A stretch of 64,000 bases of DNA from Eledone cirrhosa (taxonomy: Eukaryota). The translations under genes and the position numbers were made by a program. The DNA lies in NCBI GenBank assembly GCA_964016885.1, contig OZ024750.1, positions 186,001 to 250,000 on the forward strand, read 5' to 3'. Under the pieces are notes generated by a model. It was not told the DNA's origin. It saw only the letters and a list, made by a program, of their open reading frames with translations, and did not search any database. Positions 26,822 through 39,570 of this stretch are shown one piece after another; within the stretch, counting starts at the first letter, position 1; every line of letters starts with the position of its first letter.

Positions 26822-27551
26822 TTAGAAACACACAGATACATGCGGACACACACATATATACATGAATGCATCCGCACCCAACTGTGAGTTAAGGGTGCCA
26901 ACTTCACCGATGTTGCTCAATGAATGACTGGGACAGACCAATTCAGTTGAACTAGACTGAACCAGTATCAGAGTTAAAAATACATTATGAAGAGAGAAGA
27001 AACATTTAGATATAATTAGTAATAAAATGTATCATACCTAAACTGCTCCTAAATTCCTCGACTACGTAGTTTCGTGGCATAAACAAAAACAATATATCAA
27101 AGATATAGAGTCCTTGCGCGGTCTGCCGACTTATCAAGAGGATACCTCATTTTACTAGTCTCAAGAACGCGTCTACACGACGTGAGAAAGAATCCCAAAA
27201 GGCGGAGGGGGAGATAGTCACGCGATATAACGGTCGAGAAACAGAGCTAAGCCTCTTATAACCACGAAGAAAATACCACGGAGGCGGAGGGGGTATTCAT
27301 ATCGAGGCCGTAGAAGAGGTGGTGAAGAAGGCGAAAAGTATGAGTAATGGAAGCTTTCCAGTTGTCCCCACACTTCAAAGATTGCTCGACCAGAGGGAGT
27401 TATTAACAATATATTTAGAAACACACAGATACATGCGGACACACACATATATACATGAATATATATATATATATATGTGGTGGACGGCTGAGAGAAAGGA
27501 GTACTGAATACCGACCGAAGTAGAGTTTTATTAAGGCTGAATAGTGAATCA

Positions 27552-27595
27552 TGTTACTCTGGAGTTTCGCCGGTTTATCACAGGGTCATCAGACA
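27552..27595 (-). ncRNA. Minimal type I hammerhead ribozyme motif (Penelope-type)
   Basis: tgt-CTGATGA-ccctgtgataaaccggc-GAAA-ctccagag-TA-aca; AATAAA about 20 nt downstream; helix II is partly mismatched. Confidence 0.65.
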
Positions 27596-28592
27596 AAAAC
27601 AGTTTTTACAAATGTTTCCCCGACTTATAGAATATCAAAAATATGCCTAAAAGATTTGAGCAGTTCTAAAATCTCCTTAAACTCTGCCAGGAATGATCAG
27701 AGCTGAATCGCCATATCGACTCTGACTCAATCTTTTTTACCCTTAAAATAGTTATCATGTCTCAGGAAATCCCTGCACAAAAATTATTATATGCCATTAT
27801 TATGCAAAAATGCATTAGCTTATTTATCACTAGTTTTCGTGGAACCCCTAACGACCTCATGCTAAACCCTAGGGTTCCGGGGAACACCGGTGGAGTTGAG
27901 AAGCGCTGTCCTAACCACTAGACCAGGCGCCCTCACTTTGTCTCTTGTTCTAATGAAAAGAGGATTTAACTCATCAGTACAAAGTTAAAAACCGTACGCC
28001 AGTGTCTTCACTTAGTTACTGTCTAACCCTCTCCCACTCTGATCAGATCCTATTCAGTACACCCATCAGCAAAAGGTGTGACGTCCTTTATTTCGATATA
28101 GTAAATTATATTATCTAATTACAAAATAACAACAAACGGTGATTTGTTGAACTGTTGTCTATTGACAAACGAGAGCGATCCACCCCTAAAGTTCAGATTT
28201 TGTTATCCACTTCACCGGAAGTTCCTTCTCTACTCACCAATTCAACAGTTCAATAACAAGTCCTTCGTCAAAATTTCGTCTTTTACAAGCTCGCGAGCAA
28301 TGCTCCACACCCTCCTATTTTAAAACCACGAGGTGTACGTAATTTGAGAATATTGACAGCCGAGTGAATCCGTAAAGTTTCTCTACGTTTTGTCTCTGGC
28401 TATACGTCACATTTGCCTGAAACTTACGAATTATTAAGTACGATAGCAAAAGATGATGACAAACATATCTTAAATAAACAGGAATCGGTGTCAATGTTTC
28501 TAAATCACTATATACTACTACATGTACAAGCTTGTATGCCAGTCGCCATATAAATAGCGTATATATTCTTCACTAATAAACGTATATATCTT

Positions 28593-28654
<62 letters not shown>

Positions 28655-29002
28655 CATATAACTATACACACCCACTCACACCTATATATATAAGGTATGT
28701 AGTATATTATTACACAGCAGGCAGCCAAGTTGGTTAATTAAGTATTTCAAATGATTCATTTTTATTAATATAACCGACGACGTCATTCGCTTCTTCGAAT
28801 TTCATGAGTTAGGAAGTAAACTAATCAATATGATATCACACACACGTGAATATATGCAGGTAGATAGATAAGTGTATGTGTCTGTGTCTGTGTGTTTATA
28901 AGTCTGTTTGAGCGAGTATATAATTGTGTGTATATGCATGCATGTGTATGTATGTTTGTATGTATGTATGCGTGTGTAAATATACATATACAATCATACA
29001 TA

Positions 29003-30521
29003 TATCATCATCATTTTACGTCCACTTTTCCCTGCTTGCAAGGGTGGGACGGCTCTTATTCAGCACAGCATTTCTCCACTTGTCACGGTCCTTCGTCATC
29101 TCCACCGTGAGCTTCAGCGATCTGAGGTCTGCTCTCACCATCTCCGCCCATGTTTTTCGTGATCTACATCTACCACGTCTTCCTTCAACTGGCATTTCCT
29201 GGCACTTCTTCACCCATCGGTCATCCTCCATTCGCATCACATGTCCATACCACCTCAGTCTCCTCTCTCGCAGACTACATTCTATCCCTCTCAGACACAG
29301 TTTCTCTCTCAACACATTCATGCTGGGTCGTTCACGCACATTGACATTGCACATCCAACGGAGCATGCTTACCTCATTTCTCTCTAGCCGTCGCGTACCC
29401 TCTGTAGTTGCTGCCCATGTCTCACTACCATGCAGCATCGCGCTCCTCACACAGGCATCATATAACAGGCCTTTCGTACGCAGGGAGAAACCCTTCTTCG
29501 TCAGCAGAGAAAGCAGCTCCCCAAACTTCTTCCAACCCGTCCTTATTCTAGATACTATGGCCTCAGAATACCCCCCCCCCCCCATCCCATGCTAATCTGA
29601 TCTCCTAGGTACCACCACTTCTATATCACCCACCTGCATTTGAAAAATGTGTCTATCAATGCGACTTCTACTGTTTAATTTCCCTGTACATCTACTGCAT
29701 ACGTATTTCTCCCTACCTGTTAGTTTGCCTGCTATCCCACTACATCTCTTGTGTACCCAGGATCTGCATTGTGTGCATTTTATAGAATTTATGCCAGTTC
29801 CTTTTCTGCATATCGAACATGGCCATTTCCCTGGCAGAATCAGAGTTTTGTCCTCTTTTCTACTCATCAACACTTTTGTCTTAGCTAGGTTCACTCTCAG
29901 TCCTCTTGCTTCCAACTGCTGTTTCCATAGCCAGAATTTATTCTCTAGCTCCACTACTGATTCTGCTATAAGAACCAGATCGTCAGCATAGAGAAGTTCC
30001 CATGGACAGCCAGTCTTAAACTCCTCTGTTATGGCTTGGAGGACTATAATGAACAAGAGCGGGCTGAGGACCGAACCTTGATGTACTCCTACTTGTATCT
30101 GGAATTCCTCACTAAACTCCATTCCTACCCTGACTTTACTGACAGCACCTCTGTACAAAGTTTGCACTGTCTTCACAAGCCATTCCTCAACACCTAGTTT
30201 CCTTAGGGCCCACCAGATGACAGATCGGGGTACCCTATCAAAGGCCTTCTCTAGGTCAACAAAGGCTAAGTATAGTGGCTTATTCTTCTCTAAGAACCTC
30301 TCTTGTAATTGTCTCACCAAGAAGGGCGCATCTATTGTACTTTTCCCAGGCACAAAACCAAACTGCATCTCATCTAATTTGACCCTTTCTCTAATTAGTT
30401 GTGCTAATATCCTTTCTGCCACTTTCATAACCTGATCCATCAGTTTTATACCCCTATAATTGCTCCTCTCCAGAGCATCCCCTTTACCTTTGTAGCAATT
30501 TATGAGAATACTGCTGCACCA

Positions 30522-30522
<1 letters not shown>
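29003..30522 (-). mobile_element. 5'-truncated RTE-type LINE with RT plus an internal PHD finger
   Basis: NYRGIKL, FVDLEKAFD, GVHQGSVLSP, YADD, then CSIC..CTQC..WVHKRC..CSRC; C-terminal ORF 29016-29585 is homologous to 5466-6068; (GAT)n tail. Confidence 0.92.
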
Positions 30523-30594
<72 letters not shown>

Positions 30595-30753
30595 GTTATC
30601 CACAGTAAGTTGTGGGATCTATTCTGTATGAAGAACTCGGTGTAATCCATATGTTGAAAATGTTGTAGGTTAAGATAAATCTCGGAAAACAATAAAACAT
30701 TATCTATGAAGTATATCTCTAATGACTTGATTTTTTATTTCATTGTTTTAACT

Positions 30754-30846
<93 letters not shown>

Positions 30847-30861
30847 TGTCATTACTGCAAC

Positions 30862-31000
30862 AGAGGTCCGACGAGCTTTTGATTCCAGAGTCGGGCCAGA
30901 TTGATATAGATCTATATAGATCGAACCTTGAGCTGATCAATAGCGAAACGCGCATCACCAATCAATAAACGTAATGAAGGCTTAACAAATCGCCCTTGTA
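30862..31000 (+). mobile_element. Penelope-like terminus with a hammerhead-like motif
   Basis: ggt-CCGACGA-gcttttgat...atcaatagc-GAAA-cgcgca-TC-acc, then AATAAA; (TA)n flanks. Confidence 0.55.
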
Positions 31001-31724
31001 TTATTATTATTATATATATATATATATAAAATTAGTCCTTCATCAGTGATCTTCCAACCTACCTTCATTGGTATTTCATCGCTTTAAAAATCATATACCT
31101 CTGGTTGGTGCGAGCAATAACTAAATAAAGTTATTGGAACGAGTAAAATAGGGTGAAGCGAGCGAGACATGTAAACAAACAAAGATGGTATTGCAACGGA
31201 AAGATAGGAAGAGACAAGTACATGATATCTATAAGCCTAAGCTTGGTGAAATCATGGACGAGAGATACAGACCATCCGACCTGGGTGAGATGTGAGCGAG
31301 AAAAGGATTTCACACAGGTCAAACGGGAGGAGGTGAGAGAGGGGAGAAGCAGAGAGTGAGTGAGTGGAAGTGTGAGGAAGAGGCCAGCTGAGAGAGAGTA
31401 TGACTGGCAGATGGGGTAAAAAGAAGGTGAGAGATACAGAGAGAGGGGAAGCAGTTATATATATATATATATATATGGAGAGGGGGGTAGACAGGTAGAT
31501 AGATAGACAGACAGAAAGTCTATTTACTGGTTGTTACTCTGGGTTTTCCCCGACGTGTTGTCGACACACACACATTTTTCTCCTTTGGCTACTGGCATGA
31601 ATGGTATCAACCTTGATGCTCCGAAACCGTAGTGATTTCCCGAGGTTGACTGAAGAGATGGGACTGCCCGTCTTTCCGTAGTTTTTTCCTTTTGCCTTTG
31701 TCCTATGCGCCCTTCTTTGAATAT

Positions 31725-31766
<42 letters not shown>

Positions 31767-32077
31767 TGGTTATATTACCTGTTTATGTTGGGGTCGATAA
31801 CGTTGTTAGAACTTAATGCAGCCTTGAAGAGATAGTTTTAGTGAGATTAGGCGATGAGAACTATAGGTTTTGTAGTAGGCTCTCATCGCATAAGGCTCCC
31901 TCAAAGATTCTAGTGAAGCTCCAGAGTTATATATATCTGTGTATTGAACAATGAAAATAAAATATTGTTTCTGAGGAAGGCGGTATGACGGATCCGGGAT
32001 TTCGTGTAAAAAAATAGGTGATGACATAACCACTACCTGCTAGTCAATATATCGATTTCATTCTTCAAGACACACGC

Positions 32078-32371
<294 letters not shown>

Positions 32372-32467
32372 ACCAATATATCGTCCACGGGGTGTATTCT
32401 TGGATCCCTACAACTTTCCAGAATATGCAGATGTCGTCATGCTATCTTCGTTTATACAAAACGAATA

Positions 32468-32686
32468 ATGATTTCTAATATAGGCACAAGACCAGCAATT
32501 TGGGGGGAAGGGAAAGTCGATTAAATCGACCCCAGTGCATTACTGGTACTTTATTTTATCGACCTCGTAAAAAAGAAAGGCAAAGCTAACCTCGGCGGGA
32601 TTTGAATTCAGAACGTAAAGGGCCATAACTCTATGCTTCAAAGCATAGTGTTTGACGCTCTACCGATACTGCCAATCCACCGCCCT
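32468..32686 (-). mobile_element. tRNA-derived SINE, near full length
   Basis: Same family as 20653; further copies at 33300-33390, 37672-37857, 54272-54500, 59840-59962, 62352-62456 and 63105-63322. Confidence 0.8.
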
Positions 32687-33392
32687 ATTATACAAACGTA
32701 TTATAAAAACTGAACTACCCTAACTTCCTCCAAGTGAAAGACACCCATATACGTATTACCTTATTTGACGGCGTATAAGACATACCTCAACTTCAGCAGG
32801 CATTATTTTTGCACACTTTACTTATCCGAGCTATCATTAATAGAGACAGGAGTATATACGATTTATACGTTGATGATTTCACCATGGAGGGTGTTGTCTT
32901 GTAGCGAAACCTATCCACACATTAACCCCTGGGTGACATTTAACTTACCTGCACGCATACAACCTCTGGTCACACTGTCTCACACAACAGTGACCACACC
33001 ACACAGCAAGCTACACCACAACACAATCAACTACCAACACGACCATCAATCTACACTATAGTATCTCATATTACGGGAAGATGAGCTCAACACATTCCAG
33101 GAAAAGACTTCACTAAATTAACCAGTATTACAATTCTACTGTGGTGATACTTGGTTTGTAAGAAATGGGAAAACGAACATTTTGTTACAATGACTATAGA
33201 AAATATTACAACGAAAGATAAGTACTGCTCAAGTAGTTCACTAGTAATACTATATTACTAAGAAGTGTATAACTAAATATCATATTACTAACTAGGATAT
33301 TTGTTTCTACTTTAGGCACAAGGCCAGCAATTACCCAGTGCATTACTGGTACTTTATTTTATCGACCCCGTAAGGAAAGTTGCCTTTTGAAT

Positions 33393-33463
33393 CGTCATCA
33401 TCGACGTCGTCATCATCATCATCATCATCAATATCGCCGTCGCCATCATCATCATCATCATCA

Positions 33464-33523
<60 letters not shown>

Positions 33524-33612
33524 TCGTCATCATCATCATTATTATCATCGCCGTCATCATCATCATCATCATCATCATCGCCGTCGCCATCATCATTATC
33601 ATCACATCATCA
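33393..33612. repeat. (CAT)n/(CGT)n trinucleotide microsatellite
   Basis: Direct inspection. Confidence 0.95.
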
Positions 33613-34793
33613 ACCGTTTAAACGTCTATTTCCCATGTTGTCATTTTCTAAGACTAGAGTATCATGTGACCATGTCTCGCTCATACATTCCATTCTGACA
33701 TGGTTTCTACAGCTACAGCTGGTTGCCTTTTTATAATGCCAATCACTTCATCGTGTGTACCAAATATGTTTTATCGTGACACCGTCACTACCACACAACA
33801 GGGTTGACTGGCTGCTTTTTATGGCACCAGCACTACCACTATATAGAATGGGTTGGGTATTTTATTGTGGTACCAGCACATATCGACAATAGGTCATTTA
33901 TTGTGTTGTCCTCGACCAGACTGCAATGGCAGGAGTTTGGGCAATACGAGATTGTTAGGGGAGGGCTATGAGAAGGAGGTGGCCTGCAAAGGGATATTTC
34001 CTGTTTTTTCAGATAGATTACTAAAATAGTTTATGGGTAGTTTGAAAGTGAGACTCTATTTCACATCTGGTCTGGCTCTATCACCAGTTTCAGGGTGGGA
34101 CTGTATTTTACATCAGGTCTGGCTCTATTGCCATTTTGAGAATGGGACCCTATGTATGGAATCGTAACTCCTGGTAGAGTCGCAGAGGCACCATAGTGAC
34201 ATATGCCGTTTCTTGGGCATTTTAAACCTGACGGAGCCCATCTCCTCTCCAGATCTGAACACAGTTGATTTCTCCCGGAGCGAGAGAGGGGGTGGGAGTG
34301 TTGGTTGAAGTCGAAGAGTGCAGAGAGCCGGAACGAATACTGCAAAATATTCAATCCGATGTTTTAATGACTTTGTCAATTCGCCGCCTGTTTTCATATA
34401 CGCTGTTGTCAGAGACACTGTATCTGAAAAGATGGGATTGGTTTTAGCAGGAATGCAGTTGATAATAGGCCTGCTCGATCAAGTCTGACCTTGTGTTAAA
34501 CAACAGCAATAACAACAACACAACAACAACAGCATCAGTTGACAATTAAGAACAAAGAAACAATGTGTTATTATTTGTCTCTCAGCACATACTTAGAACC
34601 CGGACGTCTAACGCGGAACTTTACTATTTGCACTCAACTAACTCGTTTAAGCTTCTTATGACGAAATCAGATTTATTATTTATATTGCCTGGAAGGGAAT
34701 ATTATATTCGGAGAATAAACTTAAATAACTTTGGCTAACATGCTGAACAAAGATTACCTTCTAATGTCACATACATACATACATACATACATG

Positions 34794-35670
34794 TGGTGGC
34801 TGCCAACTCGTTTTCGAGTACGGCCACTACTTTATATCCATGTAGGAGAACCCCTACCGATGTGCTGAACAAGTGTGACTTTTTAGTCCAGCCAGCGACT
34901 TGAAGACTCTGGTACAAACACTACACTTGTGACAATTATTGACACATAGTGCTGGGCCCATGGTACCATGTGAGGACAAGTGCAGAGAGATCTCCAGATA
35001 TAAAGCAATGCCTGTGCCGTGAAGCTTTTATAGTGAGCAAAGGCACTGCACAAAGCCAGTCCCACTCTCTTAACCAAGATGATATTTACCAAAAAGAAGA
35101 ACAAGTCAACATCATTGGATACCATCAGGGTTGCAGGTGTTATATCAGAGTTTTCCTTCTCCTAGAATTCTGCCTTGACAAAGGCTAAGGGGTCATCTCT
35201 CCCGGTGATTTTGGATGGCCATTGACTCTTAAGAGCTCCTTTGCCCATACATACATACATACATACATACATACATACATACATACATACATACATACAT
35301 GGTGGCTGCCAACTCGTTTTCGAGTACGGCAACTACTTTATATCCATGTAGGAGAACCCCTACCGATGCGCTGAACGAATGGGACTTTTTAGTCCAGCCA
35401 GTGACTTGAAAACTCTGGTACAAACACTACACTTGTGACAATTATTGACACATAGTGCTGGGCCCATGGTACCATGTGATGACAAGTGCAGAGAGATCTC
35501 CAGATATAAAGCAATGCCTGTGCCGTGAAGCTTTTATAGTGAGAAAAGGCACTGCACAAAGCCAGTCCCACTCTCTTAACCAAGATGATATTTACCAAAA
35601 AGAAGAACAAGTCAACATCATTGGATACCATCAGGGTTGCAGGTGTTATATCAGAGGTTTCCTTCTCCTA
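34794..35670 (-). mobile_element. Two tandem 5'-truncated copies of the non-autonomous RTE-related element
   Basis: 34794-35246 and 35300-35670 are nearly identical to 47818-48270; separated by (CATA)n. Confidence 0.85.
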
Positions 35671-35691
35671 ACATACATACATACATACATA

Positions 35692-37107
35692 CATGATGAT
35701 GGCTGCCCCCTCGTTATCGAGTATGGCCATTGCACGAGGAGAAAAAAAAAAAAAATAAATAAAAATAAAATAAAAATAAAAAAAAGAAATATATATATAT
35801 ATATACACATATACACATACATATATACATACACATATATACACACACACATATACATTAATGACAATAATAATAATAATAATAATAACAACAATAATAA
35901 TAACGACAACAACAATAATAATATACATATACATATATATATACACATACACGCACACACATAAACATATGTATACACACACACACACACGATAGCAACT
36001 AACAGCGCTGCGATCGAATGTGGCTTTTTAGCCCAGCCAATGATCTAAAATGCACAGAGTCGGCAACCTAAACATTCACTGGGAATAGTCGGCTGTGGTT
36101 GGAGTTGGTGTACTTTTGCATGTCGCTTGAGCCCTCCTGCTGATTTACATTCTCTACCACATGTTTGGCAAGCATGATGAGTAGCATCTCCAACAGCAGC
36201 CTGGTAGTCAACCACTGGTCTTACTTTATGACTGCGAAGATGACTTTCGAGTCCAGCTTTGCTTAGGCAGAGTCTCGCACAGACGCTGCATGTCAGCACC
36301 ATAGGAGGCCCCTCGCTGTCTGGAAGTGCAACAGCAATGCCCTTCCTCACATCCCGCTTTACTTTCTCGTATGCGATTCGAGATGCCTCAAAGGCAACTT
36401 TTCCCTCATATACAGTCTTTCTCCATTTATTACGACCAGCAGCAATATTTTCCCATGTATCAGCAGAGATGTTAGCGTCTTTCAGGGAGGCTTTCGAGGA
36501 ATCCTTATACCTCTTTTTTGGTTTATGTGGCGGTCGTTTTCCTTTAACCAACTCTCCATAAAAGAGTTGTTTTGGTATTCTAGAATCCTTCATCCTGGCA
36601 AGGTGACCACTCCAACGGAGTCGTTGCTTAAGCACAAGAGCTTCTATACTGTCACACATAGAGCTTTCCAAAATCTCGACATCACTGATGTGGTCCCTCC
36701 AGTGAACGCCATGGATCCGTCTGAGATACATCTGATGGAAACGCTCCAATTGCTTAAGGTGGTGTCGATATGTGACCCAGGTCTCGCAGGCATAAAGAAG
36801 ACAAGAGAGCACAATGCCCTGTACACCTTTACTTTTGTCCTCCTGCATATGTCTCGCCGACCCCAGAGTCGCCTTTCTAGCTTTCCGAAAGCATCACTTG
36901 CTTTCCTAATCCTAAGTGAGATTTCACTGTCAAGGTTGCCGTATCGATTGACAGTGTTCCCAGGTAGACAAACTGATCAACCACTCCAAGTCGTTTACCA
37001 TACACATAGATGTTTGGTTCAGTGTACTGCTTACCAGGGGCAGGTTGGTACATGACAAAGGTTTTCTTGAGACTGACAGTCAATCCTAGGGCAGTGCAAG
37101 CATCAGG
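35692..37107 (-). mobile_element. Second copy of the RTE LINE 3' part (C2H2 fingers)
   Basis: Closely similar to 10271-11503; ORF 36045-36848. Confidence 0.92.
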
Positions 37108-38174
37108 TGCGAGCCTCGCGGGATGGAGTGGTTGTTCCAGTGCTTCTACCTCGCCATTTTCCTGAGGCAATGTCTTCTCCATTCTGCTACGAGGCAGACA
37201 AACCCTTAAACAGTGGGGTAATAAATACAGATCTCTCTCTCTCTCTCACACACACACAGTTTCTCAATTGTCAGTTATTTAAATTGAGTTACAAGCAAGT
37301 TTTCTGAGGATTATATCATTTAATGCGTCCTTCCTTTTTTAAGAAGGTAGATTATGATTTAAGGGAGATTTAGCTGTTATTTCTAGTAAATCGAACGACC
37401 ACTTAGAGGTTCTTTCATTGGTCTGACTTTGTATGGATTTTATTGAGAGGTTGGAACCTATTAAGAAGTAATTTGTTAAATAACAATCAATTTCGTCATA
37501 GCTGCACGATCTTATCCATTTTAATGCAGGTTTAATAATGGGACATGCAGGTTTAATTATTCTTTTAAAAATTAACAAGTACATACATATAATCAATTAA
37601 TTATTGTTAGAAACCTTATAAATGTTATTTACAAAAAGGTTAAATTTCTTTATTCACAGTTGTATAAATAATTGTTTCTACTATAGACACAAGGCCAGCA
37701 ATTAATCAGTACATTACTGGTACTTTATTTTATCGACCCCGTATCGATGAAAGGCAAAGTTAACCTCAGCGGGATTTATACTCAGAACGTAAAGGGCCAT
37801 GACTCTGTGCTGCAAAGCATGGTGTCTGACGCTCTACCGATACTGCCAATCCACCACACAAAAATATATAATCAAAGCAAAAGAAAGAAAAAAAACACGC
37901 CAAAAAACCATCAATTCACCTAAAATGTGTCACATCGGAATAAAATATAATCAGAGCGAGAAAAACAATGGGAAAAAAATAACCATCAATATTTTCTCTA
38001 TTTTTTATGTTAATATAACTTCTAGTGTCTCTTTTTCCAGTGAAATACGTAAAATACGCGTGTAAGGAAACTTAAAAAGGAATTTTCCATTTCATTTGAT
38101 ATATACATTTGTTTTTATAAGTTATAAATTGATGTGTGACTGTAGTGAGGATTACTGTTACACATCGAAATTGT

Positions 38175-38335
38175 TGACGTCATAAGTTGTCAGTTTGTGT
38201 TGGAGGTGTGGCTTCTTAACAAGACAGACAGGGTGGGCGGGACTTAACCATTTATGGTTAATGTGGGAACTTATATTGAAATACTATCTTGTTATTACTA
38301 TATAAACAAGCAGGTAGTTAGGAGAACTTATTCTG
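38175..38335 (+). promoter_or_regulatory. Pol II promoter: CRE, GC box, CArG, TATA
   Basis: TGACGTCA at 38175-38182; TGGGCGGGAC at 38234-38243; CCATTTATGG at 38248-38257; TATATAAA at 38299-38306; Inr-like TTATTC about 30 bp downstream. Confidence 0.7.
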
Positions 38336-38607
38336 AAACTTTGATACTCGATCACAGTACATGCAAAATTTAACAGCTAACTTGTGATTCATTTAAAGCG
38401 AGGAAAACATTATATACAGATACATTGTTGACTGCTACTATCGCTACCAGTTCTCATTCGACTCAGGAAATCGTAAAAGAATATTTACTTTGAAATTTTG
38501 TAAAAAAGACTTTACTGTAAAAAAAAAACTTCACTAATATTATTAGATTCCGCTGCCCTTTCAGTTTTTTCATCGAAGTAATTGTACCTCCCTCACACCA
38601 AGTCAAC

Positions 38608-39174
38608 ATGCTTGATAACGAAGTATATTTAAATTACGGGCCCTACCGCCGCATTCGTAGGAATGCTTTGGCCAATATACTTGAGGGATTAAAACCAGAG
38701 GCCCTTCACTGGCTTTCGACGGTTGACCAACGATGTGCGAAATATATTGATGAAGAAAATATCATTAATGGAGATGAAGGCGACGATGAGAACGACAATG
38801 ATGATGACGATGAGGATGGCGGGAAATATTCGGGAACAGATGAAAAGGACATCGTATTAAACCAAGATAAAAGAAATGAAGACGATTCTTGTCAGATCGA
38901 TTCCGAATCAGTCAAAGTGGATTGTCTGAGACGGTTAAGTTCAGTTCTGGAATATCAGTTCAAATCATCGTATGCGGCAATCCGAAGGAATGCTTTACAT
39001 GATTTACTGGAAACTTTAACTCCAGCTGAAATCACAACACTTAAACAGTTGTGTCAGTTGGAACATTGTGTGAAAGACTTGTCTTTAGAACACGATCGAT
39101 TCGATCAACTTCTTTTACCTACAAACTACCCGTACATAGAGACATATTTCGACAAATATTTAACACAGGTATGA
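38608..39174 (+). CDS. 188-aa protein with two RRNAL PKA-pseudosubstrate repeats (PKI-like)
   Basis: CAACATG start context; non-repetitive ORF in unique sequence; internal repeat YRRIRRNALANILEGLKPEAL / YAAIRRNALHDLLETLTPAEI; acidic linker; promoter upstream. Confidence 0.8.
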   Translation: MLDNEVYLNYGPYRRIRRNALANILEGLKPEALHWLSTVDQRCAKYIDEENIINGDEGDDENDNDDDDEDGGKYSGTDEKDIVLNQDKRNEDDSCQIDSESVKVDCLRRLSSVLEYQFKSSYAAIRRNALHDLLETLTPAEITTLKQLCQLEHCVKDLSLEHDRFDQLLLPTNYPYIETYFDKYLTQV

Positions 39175-39570
39175 TGAACGATATTTTACTAAGATGGAGA
39201 AAAAAAAAAAGGAATTTTATTTTAAATGTGTTAAAAAATGACGAGGAGGGGAAATATTCTACCCTGCGATAATCCGGTCAAGACACAGCTAAAAGCAAGA
39301 ATGGAAAAGAGTGTGAAGTAAGAAAGAAATTATATGAAGTGAGGGGACCAAAAATAAGGAAAAAATATTGAGAAAAAAATGAGGAAAAAAAGTTATCTGT
39401 AATAGCGAAACAATGAACAAAACCGTGACATTATCAAGGTCTCCTTAAAGGAACAAAATTTTAGTTACTTCATGACTTGAACAATTGGAAGAAACTCCGT
39501 ATCCGTGAGCAACGACTGTATACAATATTTTGAATATATTATGAATTTTATACATAATTAAGCAGCTTTT

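Noticed and set aside
31600-31680. Hammerhead around CTGAAGA-gatggg..cccgtc
   Set aside because: No GAAA after helix II and no consistent helix I or III
34883-35964. Repeated 79-80 aa ORFs (MVSNDVDL.., MLGPWYH..) as a gene family
   Set aside because: They recur only because they lie in near-identical copies of a young repeat; ORFs occur on both strands with no domain
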